A stretch of 64,000 nucleotides of DNA from Candidatus Cybelea sp. (GTDB lineage Bacteria; Vulcanimicrobiota; Vulcanimicrobiia; Vulcanimicrobiales; Vulcanimicrobiaceae), in NCBI GenBank assembly GCA_036269355.1, contig DATASC010000100.1, forward strand, positions 1,474 through 65,473. The letters run 5' to 3'. Positions 46,092 through 56,209 of the stretch are shown piece after piece. The position numbers and the translations under genes were made by a program. Each line of letters begins with the position of its first letter. Position 1 is the first letter of the stretch. The notes beneath the pieces are model-generated. The model was not told the origin of the DNA. It was given only the letters and a program-made list of their open reading frames with translations, and did no database searches.

Positions 46092-49000
46092 CGCCGCATA
46101 CGGATCGCCGCGAATACTCCTGCGGCGGAGATCGCACAGAACGTAGCCAACAGCGCATAGCCGCGACGCACGATTCGTCGCCTTCGCCGTTGCGGATCGT
46201 CGGCAAAGCGGCGCTCCGGTAACGCATCGTCGCGGCTGAAACCGCGGTCTGCAAGCGCCATGCGCATGACCTCTGCCGGATGCAGCGCCTGACGGCTCGT
46301 CGCCTGCGCGATCTGTTCGCGGCACGAGAACCCATCGGCGACGACGATGGTCTCGGCTTTCGCCTCGCGGACCCGGGGAAGCAAGACGCGCTCGCCGCAG
46401 GCGATCGACATGTCGTAATGACTTTCCTCGAACCCAAACGCGCCGGCCATCCCGCAACAGCCGCTTTGCAGCTGCTCGAAATCCATCCCCATCTTTCCAA
46501 AAACGTGAGACTCGGCGAGCGGCTCCAAGACGGACTTCTTATGACAATGTTCGTGAACGACGGCGACGCGATCGAGCCGCGGCGCTTTATAGTGCAGCGC
46601 TTTCTTTTCGAGAAAGGCCTCCAGCGTGAACGTCTGTTCGGCGAGCCGCATAGCGTCGACGTCGTGGCCGAGCATTTCCTGCATTTCGTCCTTAAAGACG
46701 GAGAGACAGCTCGGCTCGAGCCCGATGACGCACACACCCTCACGCACGAACGGACGCAGTTCGTCGAGAATAGCGGTTAGCTGTTGCTTGGCGCGATCGA
46801 GAAGACCGAAGTCGTAGAGCGGACGCCCGCAGCAGACTTGGCGCTTCGGAAGGATTACGTGATAGCCCGCATCCTCGAGAACCTCGACCGCCGCTCGAGC
46901 CGTCTCCGGATGAAAGTGATTGTTCCAGGTATCGGGCCACAGAACAACGCGTTCGTTGCCCGTGTTGCGCGATGGGTGCCGAGCGTACCAGTCGCGGAAC
47001 GTTTGCCCGGCGAACATCGGAATCCGCCTCTGGGGCGCGATGCCGGCAATTCGCTTGAGCAGCGTGCTGAACGGCGGGGCCTGCGCGAAGAAATTCGCGA
47101 TGTCGGGCGCGAGCGCGGCCAGCCTCGCCCAAACGAACATGTACCCGAAGAGCCACATGTGCAGCGGCCGAACTTTTCCTTTGAAGTAATGATAGAGAAA
47201 CTCGGCCTTGTACGTGGCCATATCGACGTTGACCGGACACTCGTGCTTGCAGCCCTTACAGGCGAGGCAAAAATCGAGCGACTCTTTAACGGCTTCGCTC
47301 TTCCAGCCGTTGCGAATCGGATTGCCCTCGAGCATCTCGAAGAGCAGCCGCGCGCGCCCGCGTGTCGAGTATCGCTCTTCCTTGGAGACCATGTAGCTGG
47401 GGCACATCGTCCCCTCGTCGTGCTTGCGGCAGACGCCGGCGCCGACGCAACGGTTTGCTGCATAGGCAAAGCTGTTCTTATCGTTTCGAAAGGTGAATTT
47501 CGTTTCGGGTTCCCAAGGCTCGTACCCAGTGCCCCAACGCAAGTCTTCGTCGATCGCCTTAGGACGGACCACCTTCCCCGGATTCATCTTATTCTCGGGA
47601 TCGAAGGCGGTCTTGAACTCCCAGAATGCGTGCACGAGCTCGTCGCCATACATTATCGTCAGCAGCTCGCCGCGCGACTGTCCGTCCCCGTGCTCGCCCG
47701 AGATCGAGCCGCCGTACTTCACGACGATGTGCGCCATCTCGTGAACGAAGCGCCGGTATTTCTCGATTCCATCTTTCGTGAAGAGATCGAAGTTGATACT
47801 GCAGTGAACGCATGCCTGGCCGAAATGCCCGTAGATCGCGGCGTAATAGCCGTATTCTTGCATCTTCTGCTGAAACTCGCGCAGATAGCGCCCTAAGTTC
47901 TCAGGCGACACCGCCGCGTCTTCCCAGCCCGGATAGAAGTCCGGCTGGTTGGGAACTTTCGAAGTCACGCCGAGACCGGCTTCGCGGATTTGAAAAATCT
48001 CGTGCATCAACTTCGGGTCAACGATCGTCCGCGAGTCGCGCAGCTGGGTGGTGTGATGGCGCACGTCGGCCACGATGCGCTCCGCTTTTTGGTGCGCGTC
48101 CGCGCTCGTATCGCCGCCGAACTGCACGATAAGCCACGCGTGACCGCCGCCGAAGAGATCCCGCTGCTCGTGCGGATTTTTCCCCTTCTCGTGCATGTTC
48201 TGAAAGAGCGTTTCGTCCATTCCTTCCAGTGCGTGAGGAACGTGTTCGTTCACGAGGGGAACGTGGTCACCGGCGGTCGCGATGTCGTCGAAGGCGAGCA
48301 CCGCGAGCGCCGTTTCGCGCGGATTGGGAACGAGACGCACCAGCAGTTCCAGCACGTGCACGATGGTGCCCTCGCTTCCGATAAGCGCTCGTGCGACGTT
48401 GAAGCCGTTTTCGGGCAGCAGCTGGTTCAGATTGTAGCCAGAGACTCGGCGGGGAATCTGCGGAAAGCGGCGGCGTACGAGTTCGCCGTAGCGATCCGCA
48501 ATCCGTTTGAGCTCGGCGTAAATATCGCTGCGGCGGCCGCCCTCGGCAATGATGCGTTCGAGCTCGTCCGGCGAGGTCGCGCCGACGCGCAACCGCGTAC
48601 CGTCATGCAGCAGCACCTCGACCTCGAAGACGTTCTCTTCCATTCGCCCGGCGAACTGGGCGGGCGTCCCGCACGAGTTGTTTCCGAACATGCCCCCAAG
48701 CACGCAGCGGTTGTGCGTCGAGGGCGCAGGACCGAACGTTAAGCCGTGGCGCTGCGCGACGTCGCGGAGATCGTCCAACACGACGCCCGGCTCGACGCGT
48801 GCGGTCTTCGCCGCGACGTCGATCTCCAGAATTCGGTTCATGTATTTGCTGTAGTCGAAGATCACGGCGTGATTGCAGCTCGCGCCGGTGAGGCTCGTTC
48901 CGCCGCCGCGCGGCGTGACGGGCGTCCCATGGGTGTGACAGACTCTCATCGCAGCCTGTGCGTCGGCCGCATCCTTCGGCAATACGACCGCGATTGGAAC

Positions 49001-49129
49001 CTGCCGGTAGTTGGCGGCGTCGGTCGAGTACATCGCGCGATAGCCATCGCCGAAGTGCACGTCGCCGCGCACGGCCGCACGAAGGTCCTCTTCGAGAGAG
49101 CGGGCCGGCGCCTGCAGTACCTTAATCAT
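46088..49129 (-). CDS. FAD-binding / 4Fe-4S / CCG-domain oxidoreductase (E. coli YdiJ-type D-2-hydroxyacid dehydrogenase-like)
   Basis: 1013 aa. FAD_binding_4 VTPRGGGTSLTG. Cys clusters CVGAGVCRK..CP and CLACKGCKHECP. CCG motifs CCGRPL and CCGMAGAFG. C-terminal TM. Confidence 0.9.
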   Translation of the reverse strand: MIKVLQAPARSLEEDLRAAVRGDVHFGDGYRAMYSTDAANYRQVPIAVVLPKDAADAQAAMRVCHTHGTPVTPRGGGTSLTGASCNHAVIFDYSKYMNRILEIDVAAKTARVEPGVVLDDLRDVAQRHGLTFGPAPSTHNRCVLGGMFGNNSCGTPAQFAGRMEENVFEVEVLLHDGTRLRVGATSPDELERIIAEGGRRSDIYAELKRIADRYGELVRRRFPQIPRRVSGYNLNQLLPENGFNVARALIGSEGTIVHVLELLVRLVPNPRETALAVLAFDDIATAGDHVPLVNEHVPHALEGMDETLFQNMHEKGKNPHEQRDLFGGGHAWLIVQFGGDTSADAHQKAERIVADVRHHTTQLRDSRTIVDPKLMHEIFQIREAGLGVTSKVPNQPDFYPGWEDAAVSPENLGRYLREFQQKMQEYGYYAAIYGHFGQACVHCSINFDLFTKDGIEKYRRFVHEMAHIVVKYGGSISGEHGDGQSRGELLTIMYGDELVHAFWEFKTAFDPENKMNPGKVVRPKAIDEDLRWGTGYEPWEPETKFTFRNDKNSFAYAANRCVGAGVCRKHDEGTMCPSYMVSKEERYSTRGRARLLFEMLEGNPIRNGWKSEAVKESLDFCLACKGCKHECPVNVDMATYKAEFLYHYFKGKVRPLHMWLFGYMFVWARLAALAPDIANFFAQAPPFSTLLKRIAGIAPQRRIPMFAGQTFRDWYARHPSRNTGNERVVLWPDTWNNHFHPETARAAVEVLEDAGYHVILPKRQVCCGRPLYDFGLLDRAKQQLTAILDELRPFVREGVCVIGLEPSCLSVFKDEMQEMLGHDVDAMRLAEQTFTLEAFLEKKALHYKAPRLDRVAVVHEHCHKKSVLEPLAESHVFGKMGMDFEQLQSGCCGMAGAFGFEESHYDMSIACGERVLLPRVREAKAETIVVADGFSCREQIAQATSRQALHPAEVMRMALADRGFSRDDALPERRFADDPQRRRRRIVRRGYALLATFCAISAAGVFAAIRMRR

Positions 49130-50241
49130 ACGGCGAACTCGATCGCATCGACGGCTTTGAACGTGAGCCCGATTCCCGGACGGGAGAGATCCGGCGCGAG
49201 CGCGCCGTCGCGCGGCGAATCCGCGCCGTCGAAGAACCGCCGCTCGATTCGCTCGTGATCGTAGAAATATTCCGCGTGGCGAAGACTCGTCGCCGCTGCG
49301 GCCGCGTGCAGAGTGGCGTACGGCGCGCAGTGGCTCGACAGCGGGATGTTTCGCGAGTGGCAGAGCGCGTCGACCGCCATGAAGCCGGTAAAGCCGCCGC
49401 AGCGCGTCACGTCGGCTTGCAGCACGTCGGCAGCCTGCATAGAAATCATCCGTTCGAAATCGTCGAGCGCGTAACCGTATTCGCCGTTGCTCACCTCCAT
49501 CGACGGTGGGGCCATCGCTCGAACGCGTGCATTGCCGGCAAGGTCGCGATGGTCAACCGGCTCCTCGAACCAAACGACGCCGGCTTGAGCGAACTGCGCC
49601 GCAATCGCGAGTGCCTCTTTGACGGCGTACCCGCCGTTGGCGTCAACGAAGAGCTGCGCGTCGTTCCCAATAGCTTTACGCACCGTCCCCACGCGCTCGC
49701 GGTCGCAAGAGTGATCGCGACCGACCTTCATCTTGACGCGCGGTATCTCGTCCTCGTCGACCCAGCGCGCCATATGGCGAGCGAGCTCTTTGAGGCCATA
49801 TGACGTAAAGCCGCCGCTCCCGTAGAGCGGCACCTGGTCGCGCACCTGGCCGAGCAGCGTACAAACCGGAACGTCGAGAAGTTTTCCCTTGAGATCCCAG
49901 AGCGCGACGTCGAGCGCGGAAACGGCCATCGCCGCGACGCCGCAGCGCCCATTGTTGCGAATCTTGGCCCAAAGCTTCGCGGCGCACGCGCCGGTTTGCA
50001 TCGCATCGCTCCCAACCAGCGCCTCCGCAAGCATACCGCTGATCAGCCCGGCGGCGGCTGCGTCGGCGTAAGTATATCCGATGCCGGTTCGGCCGCCGGC
50101 GTCGATTTCGGCATAAATCATCGTCGTCGAATCCCAGGTCAGCGTTCCATCAGACTCGGGCTCTTCGGTAGGAAACGTATATGCGCGCGAGCGCACCGCA
50201 GCAACGCGTGCGGCAGCGCGATCTTGTATCGCAACGGTCAT
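49126..50241 (-). CDS. enolase-superfamily enzyme, mandelate racemase subgroup-like
   Basis: ORF 49126..50394 trimmed to ATG 50241. KxK in RVKMKVG. Metal ligands in FVDANGG, WFEEPV and SNGEYG. ADVTRCGG and SSH are present. Confidence 0.88.
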   Translation of the reverse strand: MTVAIQDRAAARVAAVRSRAYTFPTEEPESDGTLTWDSTTMIYAEIDAGGRTGIGYTYADAAAAGLISGMLAEALVGSDAMQTGACAAKLWAKIRNNGRCGVAAMAVSALDVALWDLKGKLLDVPVCTLLGQVRDQVPLYGSGGFTSYGLKELARHMARWVDEDEIPRVKMKVGRDHSCDRERVGTVRKAIGNDAQLFVDANGGYAVKEALAIAAQFAQAGVVWFEEPVDHRDLAGNARVRAMAPPSMEVSNGEYGYALDDFERMISMQAADVLQADVTRCGGFTGFMAVDALCHSRNIPLSSHCAPYATLHAAAAATSLRHAEYFYDHERIERRFFDGADSPRDGALAPDLSRPGIGLTFKAVDAIEFAV

Positions 50242-50245
50242 CGGA

Positions 50246-52039
50246 CTATTGCCGCGGCGATCTGCCCGGCAGTATCCCGCTGAGCACCTGCCTGACCGAC
50301 TCCTTGATAATGCCCGCTGCCTCCGGATCTTTCGGCACAGATTTGAGGAAGTGCATTGCCTCCTCCCGGCTGATATGTGGCGGCAGCGTCGCAATGTTTT
50401 CGTTCGCGAGTGCTTCGAACACCACGGGCCGATCGGCGTTCAGTGCGCGGTCCCACGCTTCGCCGACGCGGTCGGGCCGATCGACGCGGATCCCCAAGAA
50501 GCCGAGCGATTCGCCGAACGCGGCGTACGGGAAGTCCGGCAGCGGCTGCGTCTCCATGTTACGCGGCGATCCGCCCAATATCCGTTGCTCCCAGGTTACC
50601 TGGTTCAGATCGGTGTTGTTCAAAACGAAGAAGATGAGGCGAGGGTCGCTCCAGCGGTTCCAGTAGCGATAGACGGTGATGAGCTCGTTGATGCCGTTCA
50701 TCTGCATTGCGCCGTCACCAGCGAACGCGATCACCGGCCGGTCTGGAAAGGCGAACTTTGCCGCGATCGCATAGGGCACCGCCGAACCCATCGTGGCGAG
50801 GCTACCAGAGAGCGACAGCTTGTTTCCGCGGCGCATCGTCAGAAATCGCGCCATCCAGTTCGTCGGCGTACCCGCATCGCCGGTCAAGATCGCGTTCGAC
50901 GGCAACCGCTCGTTGAGCGAATAGAAGTAGAGCATCGGATTGACGGGGTCGGCTTCGATGTGGGCGCGCCGCGCCTCGATATCGCTCCACTCCGCTTTAT
51001 CCTTAGCGATCCGTTCGCGCCAGCTTCCGTCGCTCTTTCGGTCGAGGTGCGGCAGCAGCGCGCGCAGCGTCGCCGCGGCGTCGCCGGCGAGATTGACCTC
51101 CACCGGATAGCGGAGACCGAGATTGCGGGGATCGAGATCGATCTGAACCGCCCGCGCGTCGCCTTCCTTCGGAAGAAACTCGGCGTAGGGGAAGTTCGTG
51201 CCAATCATAAGCAGCGCGTCGCACTGGGCCATGATATCGGAGCTTGGACGCGTTCCGAGCAGGCCGATGGTTCCGGTGACCCACGGCAGGTCGTCGGGGA
51301 GCACGTCTTTTCCGAGGAGTGCCTTGGCGCAACAGGCTTTCAGCGTGTCGGCAACGTCGATCAGCTCGTCGTATGCATGCTTCGCGCCGGCGCCGGCCAG
51401 AATCGCAACGCGCTCCGCGCCATTGAGCAACTCGGCGGCACGGCGCAGGTCGGATTCCTGCGGAACGACAATCGGTCGAGCATAACCCACGCCGCTGTGA
51501 AGTGTATTGTGCTTTTCGGGCGGCGGAGCGTAGCGTTCTTCCTGAAGGTCTTTCGGAAAGATCACCGTGGCGACGCCGCGCATGCCGATGGCGGTTCGGA
51601 AGGCCCGATCGACGACGTGGCGCGTCGCCGCCGTGCTCGCAATCGTCGCCGCGTATTCGCTAACGTCGTGAAAGAGCGTCTGCAAATCTACTTCTTGCTG
51701 ATAGGAGCCGCCGAGCGCCGTAGTTGCCGCTTGGCCGACAATTGCGACGACGGGCGCGTGGTCGTTCTTCGCATCGTAGAGGCCATTGAGCAGGTGGATG
51801 GCGCCGGGCCCGGAGGTTGCCATGCAGACTCCGACTTCGCCCGTGAACTTGGCGTGGGCGCACGCCATGAACGCCGCCATTTCTTCGTGACGGACTTGGA
51901 TAAACTCGAGCCGATCGCTAAAGGCTTCGAGCGAACCGATCAGGCCGTTGATTCCGTCTCCGGGATAGCCATAGATGCGCTGAACTCCCCAGTCGATCAG
52001 GCGCTGCAAAAGAAAGCCGCTCGCAGTCGGTTGTGTCAT
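50246..52039 (-). CDS. thiamine-diphosphate enzyme, pyruvate oxidase / pyruvate dehydrogenase(quinone) PoxB-like
   Basis: Contains IYGYPGDGINGL, VRHEEMAAFMA, MATSGPGAIHLLNGLYDA, and the TPP motif GDGAMQMNGINELIT. Confidence 0.9.
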   Translation of the reverse strand: MTQPTASGFLLQRLIDWGVQRIYGYPGDGINGLIGSLEAFSDRLEFIQVRHEEMAAFMACAHAKFTGEVGVCMATSGPGAIHLLNGLYDAKNDHAPVVAIVGQAATTALGGSYQQEVDLQTLFHDVSEYAATIASTAATRHVVDRAFRTAIGMRGVATVIFPKDLQEERYAPPPEKHNTLHSGVGYARPIVVPQESDLRRAAELLNGAERVAILAGAGAKHAYDELIDVADTLKACCAKALLGKDVLPDDLPWVTGTIGLLGTRPSSDIMAQCDALLMIGTNFPYAEFLPKEGDARAVQIDLDPRNLGLRYPVEVNLAGDAAATLRALLPHLDRKSDGSWRERIAKDKAEWSDIEARRAHIEADPVNPMLYFYSLNERLPSNAILTGDAGTPTNWMARFLTMRRGNKLSLSGSLATMGSAVPYAIAAKFAFPDRPVIAFAGDGAMQMNGINELITVYRYWNRWSDPRLIFFVLNNTDLNQVTWEQRILGGSPRNMETQPLPDFPYAAFGESLGFLGIRVDRPDRVGEAWDRALNADRPVVFEALANENIATLPPHISREEAMHFLKSVPKDPEAAGIIKESVRQVLSGILPGRSPRQ

Positions 52040-52156
52040 TTCATCTCCTCTGCCCGTTTTTTACCCGCCACGCATAATCGCGACACGCGCAGGACCGAAG
52101 CAAGAACGCGCGAGCTAGGCATCAATCGGCCGGCACTCGGGTAGGTATAGCGCAGC

Positions 52157-52939
52157 TTGCGGATACTTGCACTCAACCTTCGCGCCGGGGGAAACGCCTC
52201 GACAATCCCGCCCATCGTCCGCCGCGTCGCATATCTCGATGCCGACACCGTCGTTTTTTCGGAGTACCGCGACACGCGCGCGGGCGCGCTCGTGCGAGAC
52301 GAGCTGCGCCGCATCGGGCTGAACCACCAGGCGGACACGCCCGCAACGCGCGGTAACGGCGTCCTAGTCGCCTCGGCGACGCCTTTCGAGGCGGTGCCCA
52401 ATCCGTTCGGTCTCTCCGACGACGAGTATCCCAATGCCGTTTTGCAGGCCCGATTCGGCTCGCTGGTGCTGTACGGGGTCTATTTGCCGGGCCAGGACCG
52501 AAAGCGCCCGCACCTGCGCTGTCTCATCGCGGCCGCCAACCGCCATAACGAAATCGGCGACTGCGCGACGTGTATCGGCGACCTCAACTCGGGTCGCAAC
52601 GAGACGGATATCGAGATCAACGTCCGGTCGGGACGGCTGCGAGACGAGTTCAGCACCGCAGACCTCTACCGCGAGCTTGAGGAGCAGTGGACGGAAGCTT
52701 GGGCGCACTTTCATCCCGGCCAGTACGACTTCAGCTGGTATCCCTTCCGAAAGGACCCTGGCTTTCGGAGCCGCTCGGGTTGGCGAATCGACAAGGCCTT
52801 CGTATCGCCATCGCTCCTGCAGAAGACGCGAGCGGCCGAGTACGATCACGTTTTTCGCACAGACGGCCTCTCCGATCACTCGGCTCTAGTCGTGGATTTC
52901 GAAATCGACGCGTTAAACGAACGTCTCGAGGCGGAATGA
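52157..52939 (+). CDS. endonuclease/exonuclease/phosphatase (EEP) family protein
   Basis: TTG start. Contains MRILALNLRAGG, DTVVFSE, GDLNSGR, WRIDKAFVS and LSDHSALVVDF. Confidence 0.85.
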   Translation: MRILALNLRAGGNASTIPPIVRRVAYLDADTVVFSEYRDTRAGALVRDELRRIGLNHQADTPATRGNGVLVASATPFEAVPNPFGLSDDEYPNAVLQARFGSLVLYGVYLPGQDRKRPHLRCLIAAANRHNEIGDCATCIGDLNSGRNETDIEINVRSGRLRDEFSTADLYRELEEQWTEAWAHFHPGQYDFSWYPFRKDPGFRSRSGWRIDKAFVSPSLLQKTRAAEYDHVFRTDGLSDHSALVVDFEIDALNERLEAE

Positions 52940-52961
52940 TCGTCGCATGCCGCCGGGAGGC

Positions 52962-53306
52962 TTACGATCGGATCATAAGGCCCGCGATCAAGAGCTCGAT
53001 CGCTGCGTCAACGAGATAGACCGGCGAGATGCGCCGCCTGCACGCGTATACGACGTCGATGCCGGCAAAAGATAGTGCCGACGTGCAAGCGAGCGCTATC
53101 GAGGCCGGCTCCTCATCTTCGGCGAAGCTGCTGAGCCCGAGCGAAAGGCCGATCGAAGTCGCGAGCAATCCGACCATCTGCACCAGCCACCGGTCGCGCT
53201 TCTTGCCGGTCATTGCTTCGAACAGCCTCATCGAAAGCAGCGGCGTCATGCCGGTGACACAATAGTAAACCGCTTGAAATCGTAAGAGTCTCCGCCGGTT
53301 ACGCAT
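52962..53306 (-). CDS. small hypothetical membrane protein
   Basis: 114 aa with 3-4 hydrophobic segments. Confidence 0.45.
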   Translation of the reverse strand: MRNRRRLLRFQAVYYCVTGMTPLLSMRLFEAMTGKKRDRWLVQMVGLLATSIGLSLGLSSFAEDEEPASIALACTSALSFAGIDVVYACRRRISPVYLVDAAIELLIAGLMIRS

Positions 53307-53327
53307 CCCCTTTGGGCTGTCGTCCGA

Positions 53328-53903
53328 TTATTTCTTACCGCGTTTCTTCTCGAACTCTTTATGCCCGCGCTCGATGAGCTTGTAGGCATCCTTGCGGGAG
53401 CACTGACCCTCGAACGTAATCTTATTTCCCTCTTCCACCGAATACTCGATTAAGAAGCGCTCGATACCCTCGAGGGTCTCTTTGGGGATGTCGCCGAGGC
53501 TGTCGAACTCATCGGTCTTGAGCGCGACGCCCTTGTGGCGCCGCGGACAAGCCACGAGCCGGTTGTTCTTCACGCCGTTCTTCTTGAGTAAGATGCCGCC
53601 GATGACGCGGACGTCGAGCAGACAGCCTGAGAACGTCGGCGCATCGTTGAGCACGATGACGTCGACGGGGTCACCGTCGTCGCCGAGCGTCTGCGGAATG
53701 AACCCGTAGTCGTACGGCCACATAAGGCCCTCGGCAAGAGTCATTTTCAGCCGCATAATTCCGTACTCCGGATCGAACGCGAATTTATGACGAATGCCTG
53801 CCGGGGTCTCGATCACCGCGAAAACGATGTCCTTTTCTTTCGGTACTAAGGTCGGAATCATATCGTAGTTCGTGGGGTTGACGGCCGTACTCATGGTTGC
53901 CAT
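53328..53903 (-). CDS. ppa: inorganic diphosphatase (family I)
   Basis: Contains VIETPAG..HKF, YGFIPQTLGDDGDPVDVIVL and DVRVIGGILLKKNGVKNNRLVA. Confidence 0.92.
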   Translation of the reverse strand: MATMSTAVNPTNYDMIPTLVPKEKDIVFAVIETPAGIRHKFAFDPEYGIMRLKMTLAEGLMWPYDYGFIPQTLGDDGDPVDVIVLNDAPTFSGCLLDVRVIGGILLKKNGVKNNRLVACPRRHKGVALKTDEFDSLGDIPKETLEGIERFLIEYSVEEGNKITFEGQCSRKDAYKLIERGHKEFEKKRGKK

Positions 53904-53996
53904 CTACCCAATCCGGCAACCGGCTCAACGGTGCGCTTAGGGTACGGCCTGTACAACCGAAAGAAACTCGTTCAAGTAAGCGCCGAGAAGGCTCCC

Positions 53997-54836
53997 TTAA
54001 TAGGCCAGCTTCGATGTCAGAAATGCGATCAGTGTCTCAAAAGCATCGCGTGAATCTTGATCCTTTTGATTGAACTGACTGGTGAAGACCGAATGCGCGT
54101 CGGGGCAGGTTGGTGGAACGTTAGCGTTCCCGACGACCCTCGATCCGCACTCTGCCGCAACTTCGTGGAGTCTGCTCATTCGCTCCAACGGAACGACCGG
54201 ATCGTTTGCGAAGCGAAATGCGGCGATCTCCATTCCTCGCTGCAGGCGTTTCCTCAATGCGGCCTCCTCCGCTTCGCATAACCCTAGCGCCGATCGGTTC
54301 TCCGGCTGCCACGGTATTGGGAAGGGCAACGCAGGTTCGGAAACGACGGCTGCCAGCAGATGCTCGTCGGCCGCCATCGCTAACGCGAAATTCCCGGTTA
54401 AGCATAAACCGACGACGCCGATCCCGCCGACTTTCGGATCCTGCAGGCGAGCCTCCCGATAGACGCACGTGCCAAGCTGCCGAACCCAATCGATGATCGG
54501 ACTCGACCGGTGCGCGCTCAAGCAGTTAAACTCTCTACCGAGACAAACCCTGACGGTTTGGACGATCTTATCGAGCTGCGTCGGGTGACTGTTCGGCGTC
54601 CCGAACAGAACGGGGACGAACGCGGAAAAGCCGCGTAGCGCAACGCGATGAGCGAAAGCGAAGAGCGCCGGGCTCGCGCCGTTGATCTCGTGCAATATAA
54701 CGACCGGCGGACCGTCGCCGGCCGTAAAGACCGGCGGAACGCGGCTGCCGTAGGCCGCCGTACAACGAGTCCAGGGCCGAAAGTATTGAAACGCGGTGCT
54801 ATTCGCATTGAAGTCACACGGCGACGGCATTTTCAT
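53997..54836 (-). CDS. dienelactone hydrolase-family alpha/beta hydrolase
   Basis: Contains PVVILHEINGASP, and GIGVVGLCLTGNFALAMA in which Cys occupies the nucleophile position as in DLH. Confidence 0.72.
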   Translation of the reverse strand: MKMPSPCDFNANSTAFQYFRPWTRCTAAYGSRVPPVFTAGDGPPVVILHEINGASPALFAFAHRVALRGFSAFVPVLFGTPNSHPTQLDKIVQTVRVCLGREFNCLSAHRSSPIIDWVRQLGTCVYREARLQDPKVGGIGVVGLCLTGNFALAMAADEHLLAAVVSEPALPFPIPWQPENRSALGLCEAEEAALRKRLQRGMEIAAFRFANDPVVPLERMSRLHEVAAECGSRVVGNANVPPTCPDAHSVFTSQFNQKDQDSRDAFETLIAFLTSKLAY

Positions 54837-54866
54837 CGTTTCAGCCTTCCTCTTTGCCGCCCGCGG

Positions 54867-56120
54867 TTACTGCGGCTTCATGCTCTCGATTCGTTTAATC
54901 CCCGCCGCGGCAGCAGCGACGCCTTGAGCGGCAGCGAGGCGATACCAGTAGAGGGCTTCCGCGTTGTCCTGCGGCACGCCATGACCGTGTTCGTACGCGT
55001 ATCCGACGTCGTTTTCGGCATCGCCGTTGCCCTGCGCGGCGGCGATTCGGAACCAGCGCATCGCCTCCGCGTATTGAGGCGTGGCCTCGCCGAAGTAGCT
55101 AGTGTGGCCGAAGTAGTATAAGAGCCCGACGTCGTTTTCCGCATCGGCGTCGCCTTCGGCGGCGGAGAGCTGATACCAATGTATCGCGTCCGCATAGCTT
55201 TGGACGACGCCGTGACCGTAGTTGTACATGTCGCCGAGCGTGTCTTCGGCCGCCGCGCTTCCGCCGGCCGCCGCGAGCAGAAGCCAACGTGAAGCGTGCG
55301 CGGTGTCCTGCATCACTGCGGGTCCGTAGACGTCGACGTATCCGATCGCGTTCTCGGCCTCGGGAAATCTCGCCGCGGCGGCGGACTGGAAGTAGCGCAT
55401 CGCGCGAACGGCATCGGCCGGCATGCCGTCTCCCCAATAGAGTCGCATTCCGAAGTTGTACTCGCCGTTCGCTGCTCCCGATGCTGCCGCCGCTGCATCC
55501 TCTGCTGCGGTCATCTTCGCGGTTGTCTGGGCGCTCATATCGTACGAAATCGCCGGATTAGCTTCTGTCAAGAGGTCCACGCGCCGCACGAACGCGGTGG
55601 GCCCGAGCAGCAGCGCGGTCACGGTACCACGGCTTCGGCTCACCGTCGCACTCCCAGCCGCGATATCGACGGCATAAGCGGCGGCGTGTCCGACGAGTTC
55701 GAAACCGGGGCCGAAAAAGCGGAACCGATCGGATCGGTCGTCGATCTCGACGCGACCCGGTGACAACGTCGCGACGCTCTGATACGAGCCGGTGTAGTGG
55801 AACGCCGCGGTCGCCCCTTCGAGCGTGACGGTTCCGATATCGGCCGCGCCCACGCGAATGCGTACGCCGGCCGGCACGACGGCTTGCACGTCGCCGGGCA
55901 GTGCAGCGCCCTCCTGGAGACCTCGCCGGAGCACGGTCCCATCGAGCGCTCGCAGCGTTGCTCCGGGCTCACTCGTGACCCGCGCACCGTTCTTTACAAT
56001 CTCCTCAATCCGCAAGGCCGGCGCTGCGGGGTCGGCAAGCGTAGCGCTCGCTGCGAAGAGTGCGCCTGCCGCAAAAAGGAAAGCCGCTATGCGGTTGCGC
56101 CCCGCGTGCGATTTTCTCAC
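54867..56120 (-). CDS. secreted Sel1-repeat (TPR-like) protein
   Basis: Signal peptide. At least 4 C-terminal Sel1 repeats, e.g. AMRWFRIAAAQGNGDAENDVGYAYEHGHGVPQDNAEALYWYRLAAAQG. Confidence 0.8.
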   Translation of the reverse strand: MRKSHAGRNRIAAFLFAAGALFAASATLADPAAPALRIEEIVKNGARVTSEPGATLRALDGTVLRRGLQEGAALPGDVQAVVPAGVRIRVGAADIGTVTLEGATAAFHYTGSYQSVATLSPGRVEIDDRSDRFRFFGPGFELVGHAAAYAVDIAAGSATVSRSRGTVTALLLGPTAFVRRVDLLTEANPAISYDMSAQTTAKMTAAEDAAAAASGAANGEYNFGMRLYWGDGMPADAVRAMRYFQSAAAARFPEAENAIGYVDVYGPAVMQDTAHASRWLLLAAAGGSAAAEDTLGDMYNYGHGVVQSYADAIHWYQLSAAEGDADAENDVGLLYYFGHTSYFGEATPQYAEAMRWFRIAAAQGNGDAENDVGYAYEHGHGVPQDNAEALYWYRLAAAQGVAAAAAGIKRIESMKPQ

Positions 56121-56172
56121 TCTGTCAAAGACTGTTGGCCGAATGGAAATGTGACTTCGATTTCGCTTATAC

Positions 56173-56188
56173 TTGCAGCACTTAGAGC
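56173..56188 (+). repeat. 16-nt intergenic motif TTGCAGCACTTAGAGC (copy 2)
   Basis: Exact copy of 29743-29758. Lies 22 nt upstream of the DUF899 ATG and 53 nt from the divergent Sel1 gene start. Confidence 0.6.
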
Positions 56189-56209
56189 CGCAAGTTTGGA
56201 GGGAACGAC

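Noticed and set aside
50249-52144. 631-aa plus-strand ORF covering almost the whole PoxB-like gene in antisense
   Set aside because: The translation is Arg/Ala-rich low-complexity sequence with no motifs. The opposite strand carries unmistakable TPP-enzyme motifs. This is a typical shadow ORF of high-GC DNA.
56173-56188. Reading TTGCAG…TTAGAG of the 16-nt motif as sigma-70 -35/-10 hexamers, or as a sigma-54 element
   Set aside because: The two hexamers are only 3 nt apart, so the spacing is incompatible with sigma-70. There is no GG-N10-GC sigma-54 pattern. The motif is kept only as an unexplained shared element.
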